Source of the DNA: Camelus dromedarius
Taxonomy: Eukaryota
DNA: 64,000 nt
Direction of reading: 5' to 3'
NCBI RefSeq assembly: GCF_036321535.1
Contig: NC_087437.1
Coordinates: 113,276,001 to 113,340,000, forward strand
The notes under the pieces were generated by a model, which had not been told where the DNA came from, did not search any database, and worked only from the letters and a program-made list of their open reading frames with translations. Positions 25,235 to 37,914 of this stretch are shown piece after piece. Position numbers and translations under genes: made by a program. Numbering within the stretch: position 1 is the stretch's first letter; each line of letters starts with the position of its first letter.

Positions 25235-25256
25235 CACACACACACACACACACACA
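25235..25256. repeat. (CA)n microsatellite
   Basis: cacacacacacacacacacaca read directly. Confidence 0.9.
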
Positions 25257-25299
25257 AAGAACTACAAGTCAGGCCAATGCAGAAGTTCAACACAGCGTT

Positions 25300-25510
25300 G
25301 TCACAGGGTGGTGTTGGGGCTCTGGGCCACCCAGGAGTGAACCCCAGCTCCACTATGTGCCTTGTGGACTTGCCACCTTGGGCAGGTTATTTCATCTCTC
25401 TGTGCTTCAGTTTCTCATCCATAAAGGGACAAGAACACCCCAGTACTAGCCCAAACAGTTGTTGTGAGGACTCAGTGGGAGATCCGCAAAGTGCTCACAG
25501 TGCCGGCACT
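25300..25510 (+). mobile_element. MIR SINE
   Basis: gaaccccagctccact..accttgggcaggttatttcatctctctgtgcttcagtttctcatc..gttgttgtgaggact. Confidence 0.75.
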
Positions 25511-26498
25511 ATTACGACAAGCGCACATGTTGGATAGACACCCTTACCCCAGATAATCAAAGATGCTGTTGATGGTGCATCCGTGTCAACCTTCTGCGCA
25601 TGCCTGGCTCTCTTTTTTACTCTTCAGCACCACCTTTGCCAGATACATAGGAGGGACATCTTTCAACAGAATTTTTATCTTAACTCCTACTCATCTCCGC
25701 ATCAGGCTCACTGTCTTCACCTCTGCCATCGTGCATTGATTAGGTGTCCGTTGTTTTCAAGGTAAATGAACTTTGGAAGACAGGCCCTTGCCTTTGCAGA
25801 ACTACTATCCAAGGCAAAAAGCCAAGTAGTTTGACATTAGCGATTACAAACCTGAGGACTTACCGTACGCTCTAGTGTAAAACCTAACTTGGGGCCAATA
25901 TTGGCACCATATTTCTGAGTTGAAATTCAGGATTTATGGGTGTTGACACCAAAAAGTGGCTCAACGTTTCTGGAACACAAGTTGGCAATAGACAACCATG
26001 TTTATAAGGTCCATAATCTTGGGACTCTATGATTCCATTGGGGGGAATTAATTCCTATATTCAAAAAAGACAAATTGTGTAAAGATGTTTAAGTCAGTGC
26101 TGTTTATGATAGAACGATACTTGAGAGAATGCAGCAAAGTGGGGAGCTTGTTATCTGTGGGAACTAACAGCTGCGGTTCACTGAGCGCTGGGGACAGAGT
26201 GCTGGTTTATCAGGGCTGCGGGCGGGAGGCGTGAAAAGCCAGGGATGGTCCAGAACTGTCTGGAACTCAGCACGGTGGAGCACATGGGGTACAGGGGAAG
26301 GGTTGTAGCATGGGAAATAAATAAGAAACGAAGTCAGAGAGGCAAGTAGGGGCCACATCAGGCCTTGGAGGAACACAGACAGCAGAGACAGCGACCTGGT
26401 GGGAGGTGAGGTGGGCCAGGACCCAGGCAGTGCAGCTGGGGGATGTACATGTGAGAAAAGGGCCAGTGAACAAAAGCAGAATAAAAAACCAGTTAAGA

Positions 26499-26653
26499 GG
26501 GGAGGGAATAGCTCAGTGGTAGAGTGCATGCTTAGCATGCACAAGGTCCTGGGTTCAATCCCCAGTACCTCCATCAAAAAAATAAATAAATATACCTAAT
26601 TACCTCCCCCCCCTAAAAACAAATACATAAAATCTAAACCAAAAAACCCCCAC
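26499..26653 (+). mobile_element. tRNA(Ala)-derived camelid SINE (Vic-1-like)
   Basis: ggggagggaatagctcagtggtagagtgcatgcttagcatgcacaaggtcctgggttcaatccccagtacctcca has pol III A and B boxes, then an A-rich body with cctaattacctcccc. TSD aaaaaccagttaaga (26484-26498) / aaaaaccaggttaaga (26654-26669). Confidence 0.9.
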
Positions 26654-26851
26654 AAAAACCAGGTTAAGAACCACAACTATGTAAAATGTGTGCTCTGTTC
26701 ACTGGAAATAAAATTTAAAGTAATGCAAATTGAATATGATGTTCATTGATTTTCTTCTTTTTTTCCTGAAAAGTTTATGAAAACCTCATAATTATAAATA
26801 CACATATTTCTAATTTTAAGTCCAAGCTTTGACCTCTCCTTGCCATTTAGA

Positions 26852-27580
26852 ACGGTGCTACTCAAGTGTGGTCTGTGGCCAGTGGCCAGTCTTCAGTGAG
26901 GTAAGAAAAGAAACTGGGAGTTTAGAATCTTTTAAAGTAATTTATCAGATTTATGTTCTTTTTTTTTTAAATTTTAGATTCCACATATAAGCTATCTCAT
27001 ATGGTATTTTTCTTTCTCTTTCTGGCTTACTTAACTCAGAATGACATTCTCCAGGAACACCCAGGTTGCTGCAAATGGCATTATGTTGTCATTTTTATGG
27101 CTGAGTAGTATTCCATTGTATAAATATACCACATCTTCTTTACTGAAGGGACAGGCTGGGATTTCAAAATTTGTAGATACTGACAGGCATATGCAGAATA
27201 GATAAACAAGATTATACTGTATAGCACAGGGAAATATATACAAGATCTTGTGGTAGCACACGGTGGAAAAAAAATGTGACAATGAATATATGTATGTTCA
27301 TGTATAACTGAAAAATTGTGCTCCACACTGGAATTTGACACAACATTGTAAAATGACTATAACTCAATAAAAAAATGTAAAAACAAAAAAGCAATTTATC
27401 AGAAAAATTACATATCCCTTGCATCTAATAATAAAAAGTTAAGGCTTGTGTTTTGTATGTCTTCCTGATCCACTTCATTCTTCTAGTAATTTGTTTTTAT
27501 TATATTTTATTTATTTGTTGGCAAGAGGTTGGACATTGAAACAAAGCAGGGCACCCTTATGGACAGTTTGAGAAACCTTG
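26852..27580. mobile_element. Charlie4-like hAT fossil, split by an L1 insertion
   Basis: Ends cggtgctactcaagtgtggtc... and ...gacagtttgagaaacc. Internal ttctagtaatttgtttttattatatttta resembles Charlie4. Confidence 0.6.
26950..27387 (+). mobile_element. 5'-inverted (twin-primed) L1 insertion: antisense segment ~26950-27140, sense segment ~27141-27387
   Basis: TSD aaagtaatttatcaga (26934-26949) / aaagcaatttatcaga (27388-27403). The first part is antisense ORF2 C-terminus (KKMWYIYTMEYYSAIK on minus). The second part is sense 3' UTR with aataaa and an A tail. Confidence 0.9.
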
Positions 27581-28611
27581 ACTGAAAACACTGCACAGCT
27601 AGTGGGCTCTCAGAGGCTGGTGTGGTCCACATAGGGCTGCCTGCTCCACCGGCCTCTTGGCAGTGCCTCTTGGCCCACCCCTGCCCCTGAATCTGGGCTG
27701 CTGCTCCATTTACATGGTGGTCAGCAGGGTGAGGGCCCAGCAGCTGGGGAACAGCTGTGTCATAGTCAGACAGCCCTAACTGGGGGAAGACACTACTGCA
27801 GCGATCACTTGGATGAGCGTGTGTATGTGTGTGTCACAAATTACAGGTTAGAAAACACTGCCTACACAAAAAGGGGTCTCATCACGTAGCACTAGGACCT
27901 CTTCCTGGCTGATACCTTCATTTTTTGCCATTTTTAAAAAGGTGCTATTAGATGAATCCAATGGCCTTCCTTCTTTGTGCTCTTGGAAAATTTTGCCATT
28001 TACATCTAATAAATCCTAGCTGCAGAGAAAAGACATAACTTTTGAGTCAAGGGCTTCACCGTGTCTCCTCAACAATGATGATGTATATGCACTTGACTGC
28101 TGCTCTGTAAGGGCAGGTTCACGTCTGGATTTTTGTTCACCATTTTGTGTACAGTGACCATCAGGTCCACAGGATGAGGGACACCACCATAACCCCAATG
28201 GCACACGACAGTGTAAGGCCTTTCCATGCTTATTGTCTCAGTGGAGCTGCACCCGTCTCCTGGAAGGCAGGGATGGTTACTGCACTCATTCAGGTGCTTT
28301 GGACTTCTCATCTAACCTGAGACCTTTCTGGAATGTTCTAGATAATGCCACAGTGGAAATGGGGATAGTTTTGGCAAGCACAGATGGCTTCTGGGCACAG
28401 AAAGTCCTTTCCAGACCCCAGGTCTCCAACTTCTGAGTGAAGAACTCCAGACCTGCTCAATAATACAGCACAGGGGTTTGCAACAGGCTGCCTTTATGAA
28501 CAAACACAGGCCTGCATAACCATGAACCTAAATGGCCAAAAGTTATACATCAATAATACATTTTAAATCAAATACTTTCTATTTTCCTACCTTGAAAAAA
28601 CAGATGGTCAT

Positions 28612-28960
28612 TGCAATGGACTGAATGTTCCCCACCAAATTCAGATATCAATACCCTAATCCCAATGGGATGGTATTTGGAGGTGGAGCCTTTGGGAGGT
28701 AATTAGGTCATAAGGATTGTTCCCTCATGAATGGCATTAGTGCACTCATAAGAAGAGGTCAGAGAGCTTACTCACTCTTTCTACCACGTAAGGACGCCAG
28801 GAGAGGCTGGCAGTCTGCAACCCACAAGAGGGCCTTCACCAGAACCCTACCTTGCTGGCACCCTGATCTCAGCCTCCAGGGCTGTGAGAAATACATTTCT
28901 GATGTTTACAAGCCACATCCCCTATGGTATTTTGTTATAACAGCTTGAGCTGACAAAGAT
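28612..28960 (+). mobile_element. MLT1A-like solo LTR
   Basis: tgcaatggactgaatg..ggtatttggaggtggagcctttgggaggtaattagg..ctatggtattttgttataacagc..gacaaagata. Possible 5-bp TSD gtcat/gtcag. Confidence 0.85.
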
Positions 28961-29553
28961 AGTCAGAGTGTCCTGGAAGGCCAGGCTCAAATTTAGGATC
29001 TCAGACTCCTTGGTGTTCCCCACTGGAGTGTGACAGAGAACACTGACCGCTTCTCTTCCTATGACTGCCTGCACTTCACTCTCTGAGGTCACACCTCAAA
29101 TGGCCTTACCCACTCCAGGTGGGTACCCCAAATGACATAGTGAAGCTCTGTCCACAGCCCCGGAGACAGCTGCCCTCAGCCACCCTCTGCCCTAGCAGGG
29201 CACCACCTGTCCACAGTCTGGGGAAGAAGCCCACACAGATCTTGGAAGTGGATGTGGGTCATTTGGGGAGGGACTGCAGGGTCCTGGGCACCCAGAACGT
29301 GGTGTTAATGGAGGGGTGTAGGGTCTGGGTGGCACGTCCCCTGGACAGAGGAGGGCTACAGTGTGGAAGCGCTAGGTCCAGGGTCGTGCTGGTTGCCAGG
29401 GTCTATGGAGGTCCTGATTACAAGACAAGCACCCTTCCACTCCCAAAAGAACATGGTTCCTTTGTCTACTAGCTTCTCACTTACAACGAACCAAACTCTC
29501 CTTGTTTCTTCTTCCCTGCTCCTTTCCCATCCTCCCCTACCAGTGCCTGCACA

Positions 29554-29780
29554 CACGTGCAGGCGGCACAGACCGACACCTGCCCACGTGCACATCCTGG
29601 GCGCGCATGCGCAGGTATGGACCAACCACTGTTCGCCTGGGGGAGCACCAGTCAGACCGCTTCTGACCCGCAGGAGACACGCAAGACCAGCGAGCCTCAT
29701 CCTCACCTGGCGGGGAGGCCGAGGAGGGCCCAGAGTCACGCTAAACCCCCTCACCCTGACTTTCGCGTTCTTTGACGTGG
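29554..29780. promoter_or_regulatory. Candidate regulatory patch: NRF1 palindrome plus two CACGTG E-boxes in CpG-retaining non-repeat DNA
   Basis: CACGTG at 29554-29559 and 29585-29590; CGCGCATGCGCA at 29602-29613; TGACGT at ~29773. Motif evidence only. Confidence 0.35.
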
Positions 29781-31579
29781 CTTTAAACTAAAAATCTGAT
29801 AAATGGTATTGCCTTGCCGTCCTCCCACCCTAACCCCGTCCCCAAAGGTCTTTATGGTTCTACGTGTTTCTGCGACTTGAAGCTCTGTGTCGGCACAAAC
29901 CAGATGCTTTAACGTAAAAAGAAACTCTGAATACTTAAAAGATTGAGAACACAAGCTCTGAGAGGCAGCCTTCCACTAGAAAACGGTAACCAACCATTCC
30001 AAATAATCTCAAATCAACTTTGAAACTTAAAACTTCAGCCCAGTTACTGACAGGGGAAATGCTTAGGGAAATCTTTGTGAGGTTTAAACCTACAACCCAA
30101 GAAATCTCTAGCAAGTATTGGCTTCACTGGAATTTCCTACTTCTTGCTGCTGTTGCTGGGGAAATGAAATAGTAATACAACAGGAAAAAAAGAAGGAGGA
30201 AACATGTGTCCCTCTTTTGCCATTTATATCCCAGAGTTCCATCTGTTACGTGGACAGAAGATAATCGGAGTGAAATGGATATTGTCCTGTGTCTCTCGTG
30301 CATTTGGTTGGTTTGCACAGTTAGGACCAAATTCCACATGATGGATAACCGCACAGAAAGGGCTTAGCTCTGAGAACAGGGGAGGTGTTGGCAGATCTGG
30401 TTGGCAGTGCACTTAATGCAGCGTCCACGGGGACCTGAGCCTTCCACTCAGGACTTGAGCTCCAGCTTTGAAAGCACAATACGTTCTCATTAAAAGAAGA
30501 TCGATGTGCACACTGAAAGCCGATCTCCTGCTTCAGCACTTCCAAGGCTGCTGATACCTCGGCCAATGTCTCATAGTCCCCTCCAGTTGTCAGAATTCCA
30601 TCTTGCAATCTAGACACTTTTCTGTGCTCACGCTAGGCAGGAGAAAGGGCAAGTAGAGACACTCCATATTTGATGCAATTGCTCCCCCACAAAATCCATC
30701 GAAAGACTTTGCTAACATAATCAGATTGGCTGTTAAGAGCTTGACTTCGGAGTAGAGTGGGTTTTAACCTCTCCGTTAACTTTGAGAATCATGTTTTCCA
30801 ACTTCATAATGATGTGAAGTTGCAACTGAGTCTCAAATGTGCATTTGCTGATAAGGAATGGCAGTGATGCCAGGGAGCAAAGGTGTGTTAGATCTTAGCT
30901 CCTTGACATTTACAGTACCTGGGATGCCCTGGATGGGTCTCCTTACATCAGTCGAAGGAAGAACCCCACGTTGGTAGCATGTTAATGGTGAAGGGCTCTA
31001 ACCAGAAGGGAGCTTTGGTTCTCTTAAGTTCTTATGCTTGTGGACGATGGGGGCAGAAGCCACTGAACAGGGCACATTGGACCTGCCTTTTAGGCAGCAT
31101 GTGGAAAAATGCCTTCCAAGAACTAAATGGTAGGCTAACAGGGAATTTTGGGGAAAAAACTTATTTTTGAAGTTGGGAGAACTGCTGTGTAGGAACTGCC
31201 ATAAATCCTGAAAGACTGAGACCCAAGAAAGAGCTAATTTCTCTTAAGTTATTTTCAAAGAATTTAATACAAACACTAACAACGAATACTGCCTTTATTC
31301 TGCAGCGATTCTTTGCCCATTAGCATCTTTTAGATTGCAAACTGGATCTGACTGTGATCCAGAGGGAAAGAGCAACATCCAGAGCTGCAGATGGAAGGCA
31401 GGGGTTTCTCCCTCCCTCCACCCAGAGAACCAGGAGCACTTCCTGCTGTGGGTGCGCCCTGCCCCCCCAGGCACTGCGTGGCAGGGAGGTCGCGGGACAG
31501 AGCTCTTAGGATGGAGCAAGCCAGGGGGTGGGAGTGGAGGGATAACTGGAGAGAAAAGGGAAGACCAGGAAGGGAAAGC

Positions 31580-31760
31580 AGCTAACAATTTAAGCACATC
31601 TCACGTGCCAGCAACTGTGCATATGGAGGTGTTCATATATATTTTAAAATTTCTCATCTTGGTCATGGTGTACATGGGTTATTTCCATTTATAGAGGAGG
31701 AAACAATCTCCAGGAGGTTAAAGCCAGTTAACTCCGTTTTTAAGGCAAAGATCACTGGGC
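31580..31760 (-). mobile_element. MIR fragment
   Basis: ttatttccatttatagaggaggaaacaatctccaggaggttaaag. Confidence 0.5.
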
Positions 31761-32159
31761 TCAGGGCGAGATCTAAGGGGCCTGAAGTGGAGGTGAGGGG
31801 GGCTGGAGGAGGCAGGAAGCAACAGGATGAAGGGGTCAGGGGGGCATTCCCAGTACTCCTCCTGGCGGCCTTGTCCAACCACGGACTGAAGCTGAGGGTC
31901 AGGGGACAGGGGACAGGGAGGGGAGGGCCTGTGCCCATGGCCTCTATGGCCCCACATGAAAACCCCAAGCTCCTACATGAGTTGAGGTTTCATTAAGTGT
32001 GCTGCCTGTAGAGATTAAAAAAAATACACCAAGAAGATTCCAGAAAACAACAAAAAAAGCCTTTTCCTTTCTAAAAATGCAGAGTTAAAAAAAATGGTAT
32101 AGGTAAAATATGCTCTGGTGAAAAAAAGAGAGAACAAATCAAGTGAAAGGGCAATAATT

Positions 32160-32268
32160 CAAAAAAGAAAAAAGATAGAAAGGGAGGAAGGAAGAAAGAA
32201 AAGAAAGAAGGAAGAAAAGAAAGAAAGAAGTGGGGGAGGGAAGAAGTCGGGGAGGGAGGGAGGGAAAT
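32160..32268. repeat. GA-rich low-complexity purine tract
   Basis: Mixed (GAAA)n/(GGGA)n read directly. Confidence 0.85.
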
Positions 32269-34959
32269 GAAGCAAGCTTTTTTGGCTCAAGAATTCTCCA
32301 AATAAGATTAGGTTATTTGCTTCTGCATGTAACTTCCATTAATTTAAGTACCAGTGGTGTAAGAGGCCTAGTGAACATGGAAAAAAATCCCAAGAATAGG
32401 ATGTAAATGACAGCTTCCTCGGTGGTAAGAGTTAAGACTACAGAGCAGTGTGGCCAGCGTCCCGAGTTAGCACTCCGCTGCTAAAACCTACAAAGCATGT
32501 TGTCCACGCGCCCCGTACTTTATGGCTCAAAACGTTTTTGGAAATCACATTCCAGATTACCTTCATCTATAACACATTTTTCTGCTAATACATCTCTGTC
32601 TTTTGATGATGGTGGATTGGATTTCTTTTCTTTCTTTTTTTTGAAAACTTGAAACAAAATTTGCTACATAAAGTACATGGTCAACACAATAACACCGTTA
32701 TAAACCAGAAATAGAATGTGATCATAACCCCCACCTAATTTTCATATACTTAGTGAACTTGCTTCAAACACAATTTGAAAAGAAGACCCACAAATGACTT
32801 TCAGTACAGTGCTAGGAAATGCTCTTGTTTATAGAGACTTACGTGACTTTGTATAAATAATACATTAAAAGAAAAATCCTTTCTCCAATCACAGACTCAA
32901 GTAAGTTGCAAACTTTAACAAAGACCCACAAAAATTAACCATGATTCTAAAGAGTTCTCAGAGGGAAGTTGCTTTATAAATGAATGGAACATGTTTAAAT
33001 GTGCCAAAACATAGTTTGATTTTTTCTGACAAATTTTTTCTGACAAAAAAGATAAAAATAAATCACCACTTAAAATTTCATTAAATTATTCTATAAGAAT
33101 TAAACTTACATCTACCACCTAAAAATGAATACTATGCCAAAACATGAATGTACTTTTAATGTATGAATCCAAATTTCCCTAATAATGCTAATCAATTCAT
33201 TTTAAATTAAAACTATACAGAGGATACAGATATGATTTCAAATGACTTTACAATTAATCATCGACACTCTATTTAATTTGGTAAATTACAACAAACTGCT
33301 TTCACTTGCATGCCTGTCAAAGACCTAATTTAATTATCACTAACATAATTGGTGACCAAGAAAAGGCAGAGACCAATCACCCTATTGCAAGAAGAGTCCT
33401 CTTTATCACCATGGAAACACGGTACCCAGAGGTTCTGAGGACAGCAGGCTGGAAAATCTTCAGAATGAGCCTGCACTTTATCTGAAGGGCACAAATGAAT
33501 CTGTGGGACTAGAACACAAGCTGTTAACTCCCCTATGACCGAGAGATTTCATAAGAGCCTAAGGTAAAAGAGCCTCGGATTAAAACTCTCCTGAGGTGTC
33601 TCCTTTCATCCCCGTGAGGCTAAAATGTCAAATGTCTGGATTCATCCACAGCCCTTTCGGGTCCAGAACGTGCTGCTTCTCAGTGGCAGGGAGAGCAGAG
33701 TGAACAGAATGCAGGCGGCCTGGGTGCAGTTCTGACCTCGCCTGCCCTCCTTGGGGCTCAGTTTCATCAATTATAAAATAAGGGGAAATCCTGGGGGTCT
33801 GTGACGATGGTACAGGAGGTAAAGAGGAACTCAGCTCGGGGCTCCAGGGCAGACCCCCTACTCCACAGGGGGGTGGCTGTACATCGCTGTATGTGTTGGT
33901 GGCCTCAGTGGAAGAGTTCGTTTTAAAATGGTATTTCATTAAACACAACAGCAACCACAAAACCCGAAATGAGACCATTTCAAAACCACTGAGCTTGATC
34001 TCCGAAGGTTCTCCCAGCTTCAGCATTCTAGAGTCCATGAAAGTGAGTGCATTTGGCTTATCTGGGCCCTGCTCCTAGAGCCAAGCTGGAAGTTGCGTGT
34101 GTGCAAGCCAGAATGACTGGCTTTATGACGGTGATCCAAGGATAATGTTTGAATCCGGGCTTGATGTAAAAGGAAAGATTTTAGCAGAGACCCTCAAATT
34201 TGGGGACCAAAGGCTTCCAACTTCCTTTTGGTCTCAGTTCTTCTGGGGACAAACTTTGACATGGTGATGGTGATCGAGGGTTGGGGGGAGGGACACAGAG
34301 AACACTGAGTCGCAGACTTGGATAAAGTCAAGATTATCGAGCTCTTCTCTCACGTTAACATCACTGGTGAAAATATTTCATCTTGGTTGAGTTCTCTCAT
34401 CAATGTCCTGTTACCACACTTGCTGCCAAATTTCAATCCCCTCCTGCTCACAGCCCCGAATTATTGGATGTTACAAAACCTGGCCAACCTGCCCTACCAC
34501 TGATACACCCTGGGTCCTTCAGATGAGTCTTCAAGGCTTCTGGGTCAAACTTTCATTCACCACTTGTTGCCTCAGCAGATGCTCCATATCTTTTCTTGCC
34601 CAGGAGTCTTCAGTCTAAGTGGATGACCTCAACTTCTATTTTATGTGACCAGCAAAGCCCAGAAACTGGAGTGAACTTCTCTCTTCTGTACTAGAACATT
34701 TTTCTATTTCCTGGCATGGCTCCTTGGCTATTATGTCAATAAGAAGCATTCCTCTTCCTTCTCAAAGACAAAGCCTTCATTTATTCCTTCAATTCAGTTC
34801 CCTCCTGCCTCCGCCAAGGACTCACTCCATCTTATAACTACTCAGATTTGTCATTTTTGTTGTTGCTGTTACAATACACACTGCTGCTCTAATTAGCAGA
34901 AAACTGCCAAAATGACCCGTGTCGTAATAACCCATAAAGATAGAAATCATGAGATACAG

Positions 34960-36110
34960 AGTACCAAGGCAGGAGACTCCACATTCAATTTCTAGGATTC
35001 CAGAAAGAAGAGAAATAAATAAAGAGGGAGAGATTAGGAATGCTAAAAAAAAACCCAAAAACAAAAAAACAGATTCTTCAGGTCTCAAGATGAGGCTTCA
35101 GTCAGAAAGAACTTACCAAATGAAGGCGACCATGAATGAAGACCCACATGTGGACAAGTGGGTAAAACATTTCAGAATATCAAAGATGAGGAGAGATGTT
35201 TGAAGACAAAAAAACAAAAAACAAACAAACAAAAAAATCCAGTCACCTACAAAGCTGGGCAAGTCAGAATGATAACAGACTGTAAGAGACACTGAGCTTT
35301 CCCTGAAGGTTCTGGGGAAGACAGTGTTCCCTAGAGAATTCTTCATGCAGAGAAACTAGCCCTCGAGCGCAGTGGTAAAAAGCAGCGGCAACAGCAAGAA
35401 CAAAAACTCCCCCAAAGCTCCACATGCATTTCAAGATATTTTCAAGAAATCGATTTACTTTATTGTCTCATTGGGAAGAAGAAGTTAACGGGAATGCAGT
35501 CCAGCAAAATAAAGACGTAAACCACACAGAAGAAAAACGTGGGATCTAGGAAACCCTGGAGCCAAAGCAAGAAAGGAGTGAAGAAAACTCCCTGGGTGGC
35601 AGGTGAACCTCGGACCCTGAGAAGAGCCAGTCCAAGAGCCAAAACGAGAACAACGGAACGTCTGCCATAGTTGAGAAGATGCAAACACTCAAGACGGTGA
35701 TAAAGCATGACGACACTTAAAAAAAAAATAATAGAAACTCTAAGAAAAACAAAAATCTCTTCAAGAAAGTCAGGTCCAAACATGAAGGAAAGCATAACGT
35801 GACGCGAGTTTCAATTGGCAGCTTTGGGAGTGAATCAAAGGAGTTTCCATTCACCTTTGACGCTAAATACATTTCTCTTCAAGTGCCTCTGGGTCATGAA
35901 GTTGGACCTGCTCAGAAGGACATGTAATTCTAACCAATGGCTTGGCCCAGCACTGAAGAATATTTTGTAGCTATAATAGCATAAACCCTACTTCCTGATT
36001 TACAGGTTTTAGAATCAAGTTACGACTAAAACATGGGCAATGGTTACAGCAGAGAACGTAAATGTTAACACCTAAAAGTAAATGTGTGATTGTCAGGAGG
36101 TGGAACCCGA
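34960..36110 (+). mobile_element. Highly decayed L1 ORF1-region element, probably HAL1
   Basis: A-rich ORF1-like remnants (ctaggattccagaaagaagag..aaacatttcagaatatcaaagatgaggagag..gtcacctacaaag..tcagaatgataacagact). 3' part gtcaggtccaaacatgaag..gtaaatgtta..aaaagtaaa resembles HAL1 as recalled. Confidence 0.5.
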
Positions 36111-37784
36111 CAGGCAAGAGGGAACTGAGGGGAAATATGGGGAAAAGGACGGTGGCAATTCTGGATTCCAGAATTTGAGGGGCTCTGCTAAAAACGGCCG
36201 ATTGATAGCAAGTGAATTTCCAAACAGCATCGTGGATCGTTCTTTACCGAAATCGGGAGCTTTTAAGAGCTGTGGAGTGAGCCGCTCTCTGCCCCACGTA
36301 CTGACCCCTCATTGCCATCACGCCCGGGGGCCCCCAGGTGGCCCAGGGCCACCTCAGTGTTGATGATAGCACCGTAAAGCAAATGCAGCTGAGGGTCTCC
36401 CCCTGCCTGGAACCACCCACTCAACTTGCCAGTGACGTCACTGCCTTCCCTCCTCTCCTCCCTCCCTCCCTCCCCTCCCCCTCGGGAACTTCTTGCAGGC
36501 GCCAAACACTGTCACTGAGACAGCCTTGTTCTCCAGGTGAACCGCTCTTCAGTAAAGTCACATCTGGAGTCTGAAGACACTACTCCTGGAGGTGAGAGAG
36601 GAAGATGTGACGTAAAAGTGTCTTCTCAAGGGCCTTCAGCATCGAGCAGGAATCAGGACTTCTGAAGCATAATTCCACTGACCAAGGACGTGCACAAAAA
36701 TCACCAAATGAAACCCAGAAGAGTGGATGAGCCCCCAGCCACCATGTGACCCTCAAACTCACCATCTCACTGATCCTCGGGACCACTCTCTGAGTTGTTT
36801 TACTGATGGGGAAACAAATTCAAAGAAGTGGAGTAGGCGCCCCCAGGCCTGTGCAGCACCAGCCCTGGGGTTCCACCCATCACACCGCCTGGGATCATTA
36901 AGTCTGTGTTTCTTTGAGTGAGTGGGTGAATGAACCAGGGCCCTCCCCAAGTTTCCAAAACAACGCACCCCAGATGTGATGGCTGGAGGGGAGGGAAGGC
37001 AACGTGCAGAAGAGCTTGAGGGAGGTTTTGATTCGTGTCCAAGAGCTCAGCGATGTAGACGGTCCCTAGGAACCGCCCGAAGATGAAACTCCACGATTCT
37101 ATACGTGGCCCCCCAGCTTCCCCTGTTTCCCTACACCAGGATGGTTTTGCATCCTCTCTGAGAGCCAGGGGCTCCACGGGCTCACACCTGCACCCCCCGG
37201 CCTCGAGACGTGCCCTCTCCCTGACCTGTTCTTCCCAGCAACAAGAACTGGGGCCTCTTCAAGGGCAGGGCTCTGGCTGCCTTCCAGACAAGCCTGTGAC
37301 AAGAAGAGAGCCCGCGGGACGCCATCCAACTCGGAACAAGGGAGCGGCGGGTGGGCGGCTGGTGGGGCTTCCAGGGTCCACGGAGCTCTCTTTGTACTTT
37401 AAATCAGTCTATGATTGTCTTGTGTGCTCTGAAACTCAGCCTTCCTTTTTAAGGAAAAACGATGCATTTTATTAAAAAAAAAAAAACAAAATAAAACCAA
37501 AACCAGCCAGCAAGTATAGTCTTTAGAAGAAACAAATTACAGCAGGTAGAGATTAGTGCAGGAGCACTGGAGAAGGCTGCACATCTTGGTAAATGCATGT
37601 GAATGTTTTAAAGTTGAAACCGGGCAGATTTCCAGGGGGTCTAATTGCTGCTTGGCAGGAAATCTACTGCAGTCAGATGAATTTAATAATACACACGAGC
37701 AGGCGAGAGAAGACCCAGAGATACTTCATGAATCATGCTTTCCCCTTTGGGGCAATTCTGTGTCTTGGTTTTAAAGTGACTAGC

Positions 37785-37910
37785 TAACTCATTCATTCAT
37801 TCATCAAACATTTATTAATAACATACAACATGACAAGCAACTGTGCTGGGAACTGGTGATACTGAGACAGTTCCTTTGTTTCTTCATCTGAAAAGATCAG
37901 AGGTTAGTTG
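37785..37910 (-). mobile_element. L2 3' end
   Basis: actcattcattcattcatcaaacatttattaa..actgtgctgggaactggtgatac. Confidence 0.65.
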
Positions 37911-37914
37911 GAAG

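Noticed and set aside
26499..26573. Apparent tRNA-Ala gene
   Set aside because: It is followed by a SINE body and A-rich tail, is flanked by TSDs, and has a second diverged copy at 42338, so it is a SINE head.
17793..30502. Inverted 16-mer match tcattaaaagaagatc (~17793-17808 minus vs ~30487-30502 plus)
   Set aside because: About one such match is expected by chance in a 64-kb self-comparison, and the flanks do not extend the match.
30321..30617. Protein-looking minus ORF (..GILTTGGDYETLAEVSAALEVLKQE..) downstream of a pyrimidine tract/AG at ~30633
   Set aside because: No protein family recognised, non-ATG start and no convincing donor site. Not supportable without a homology search.
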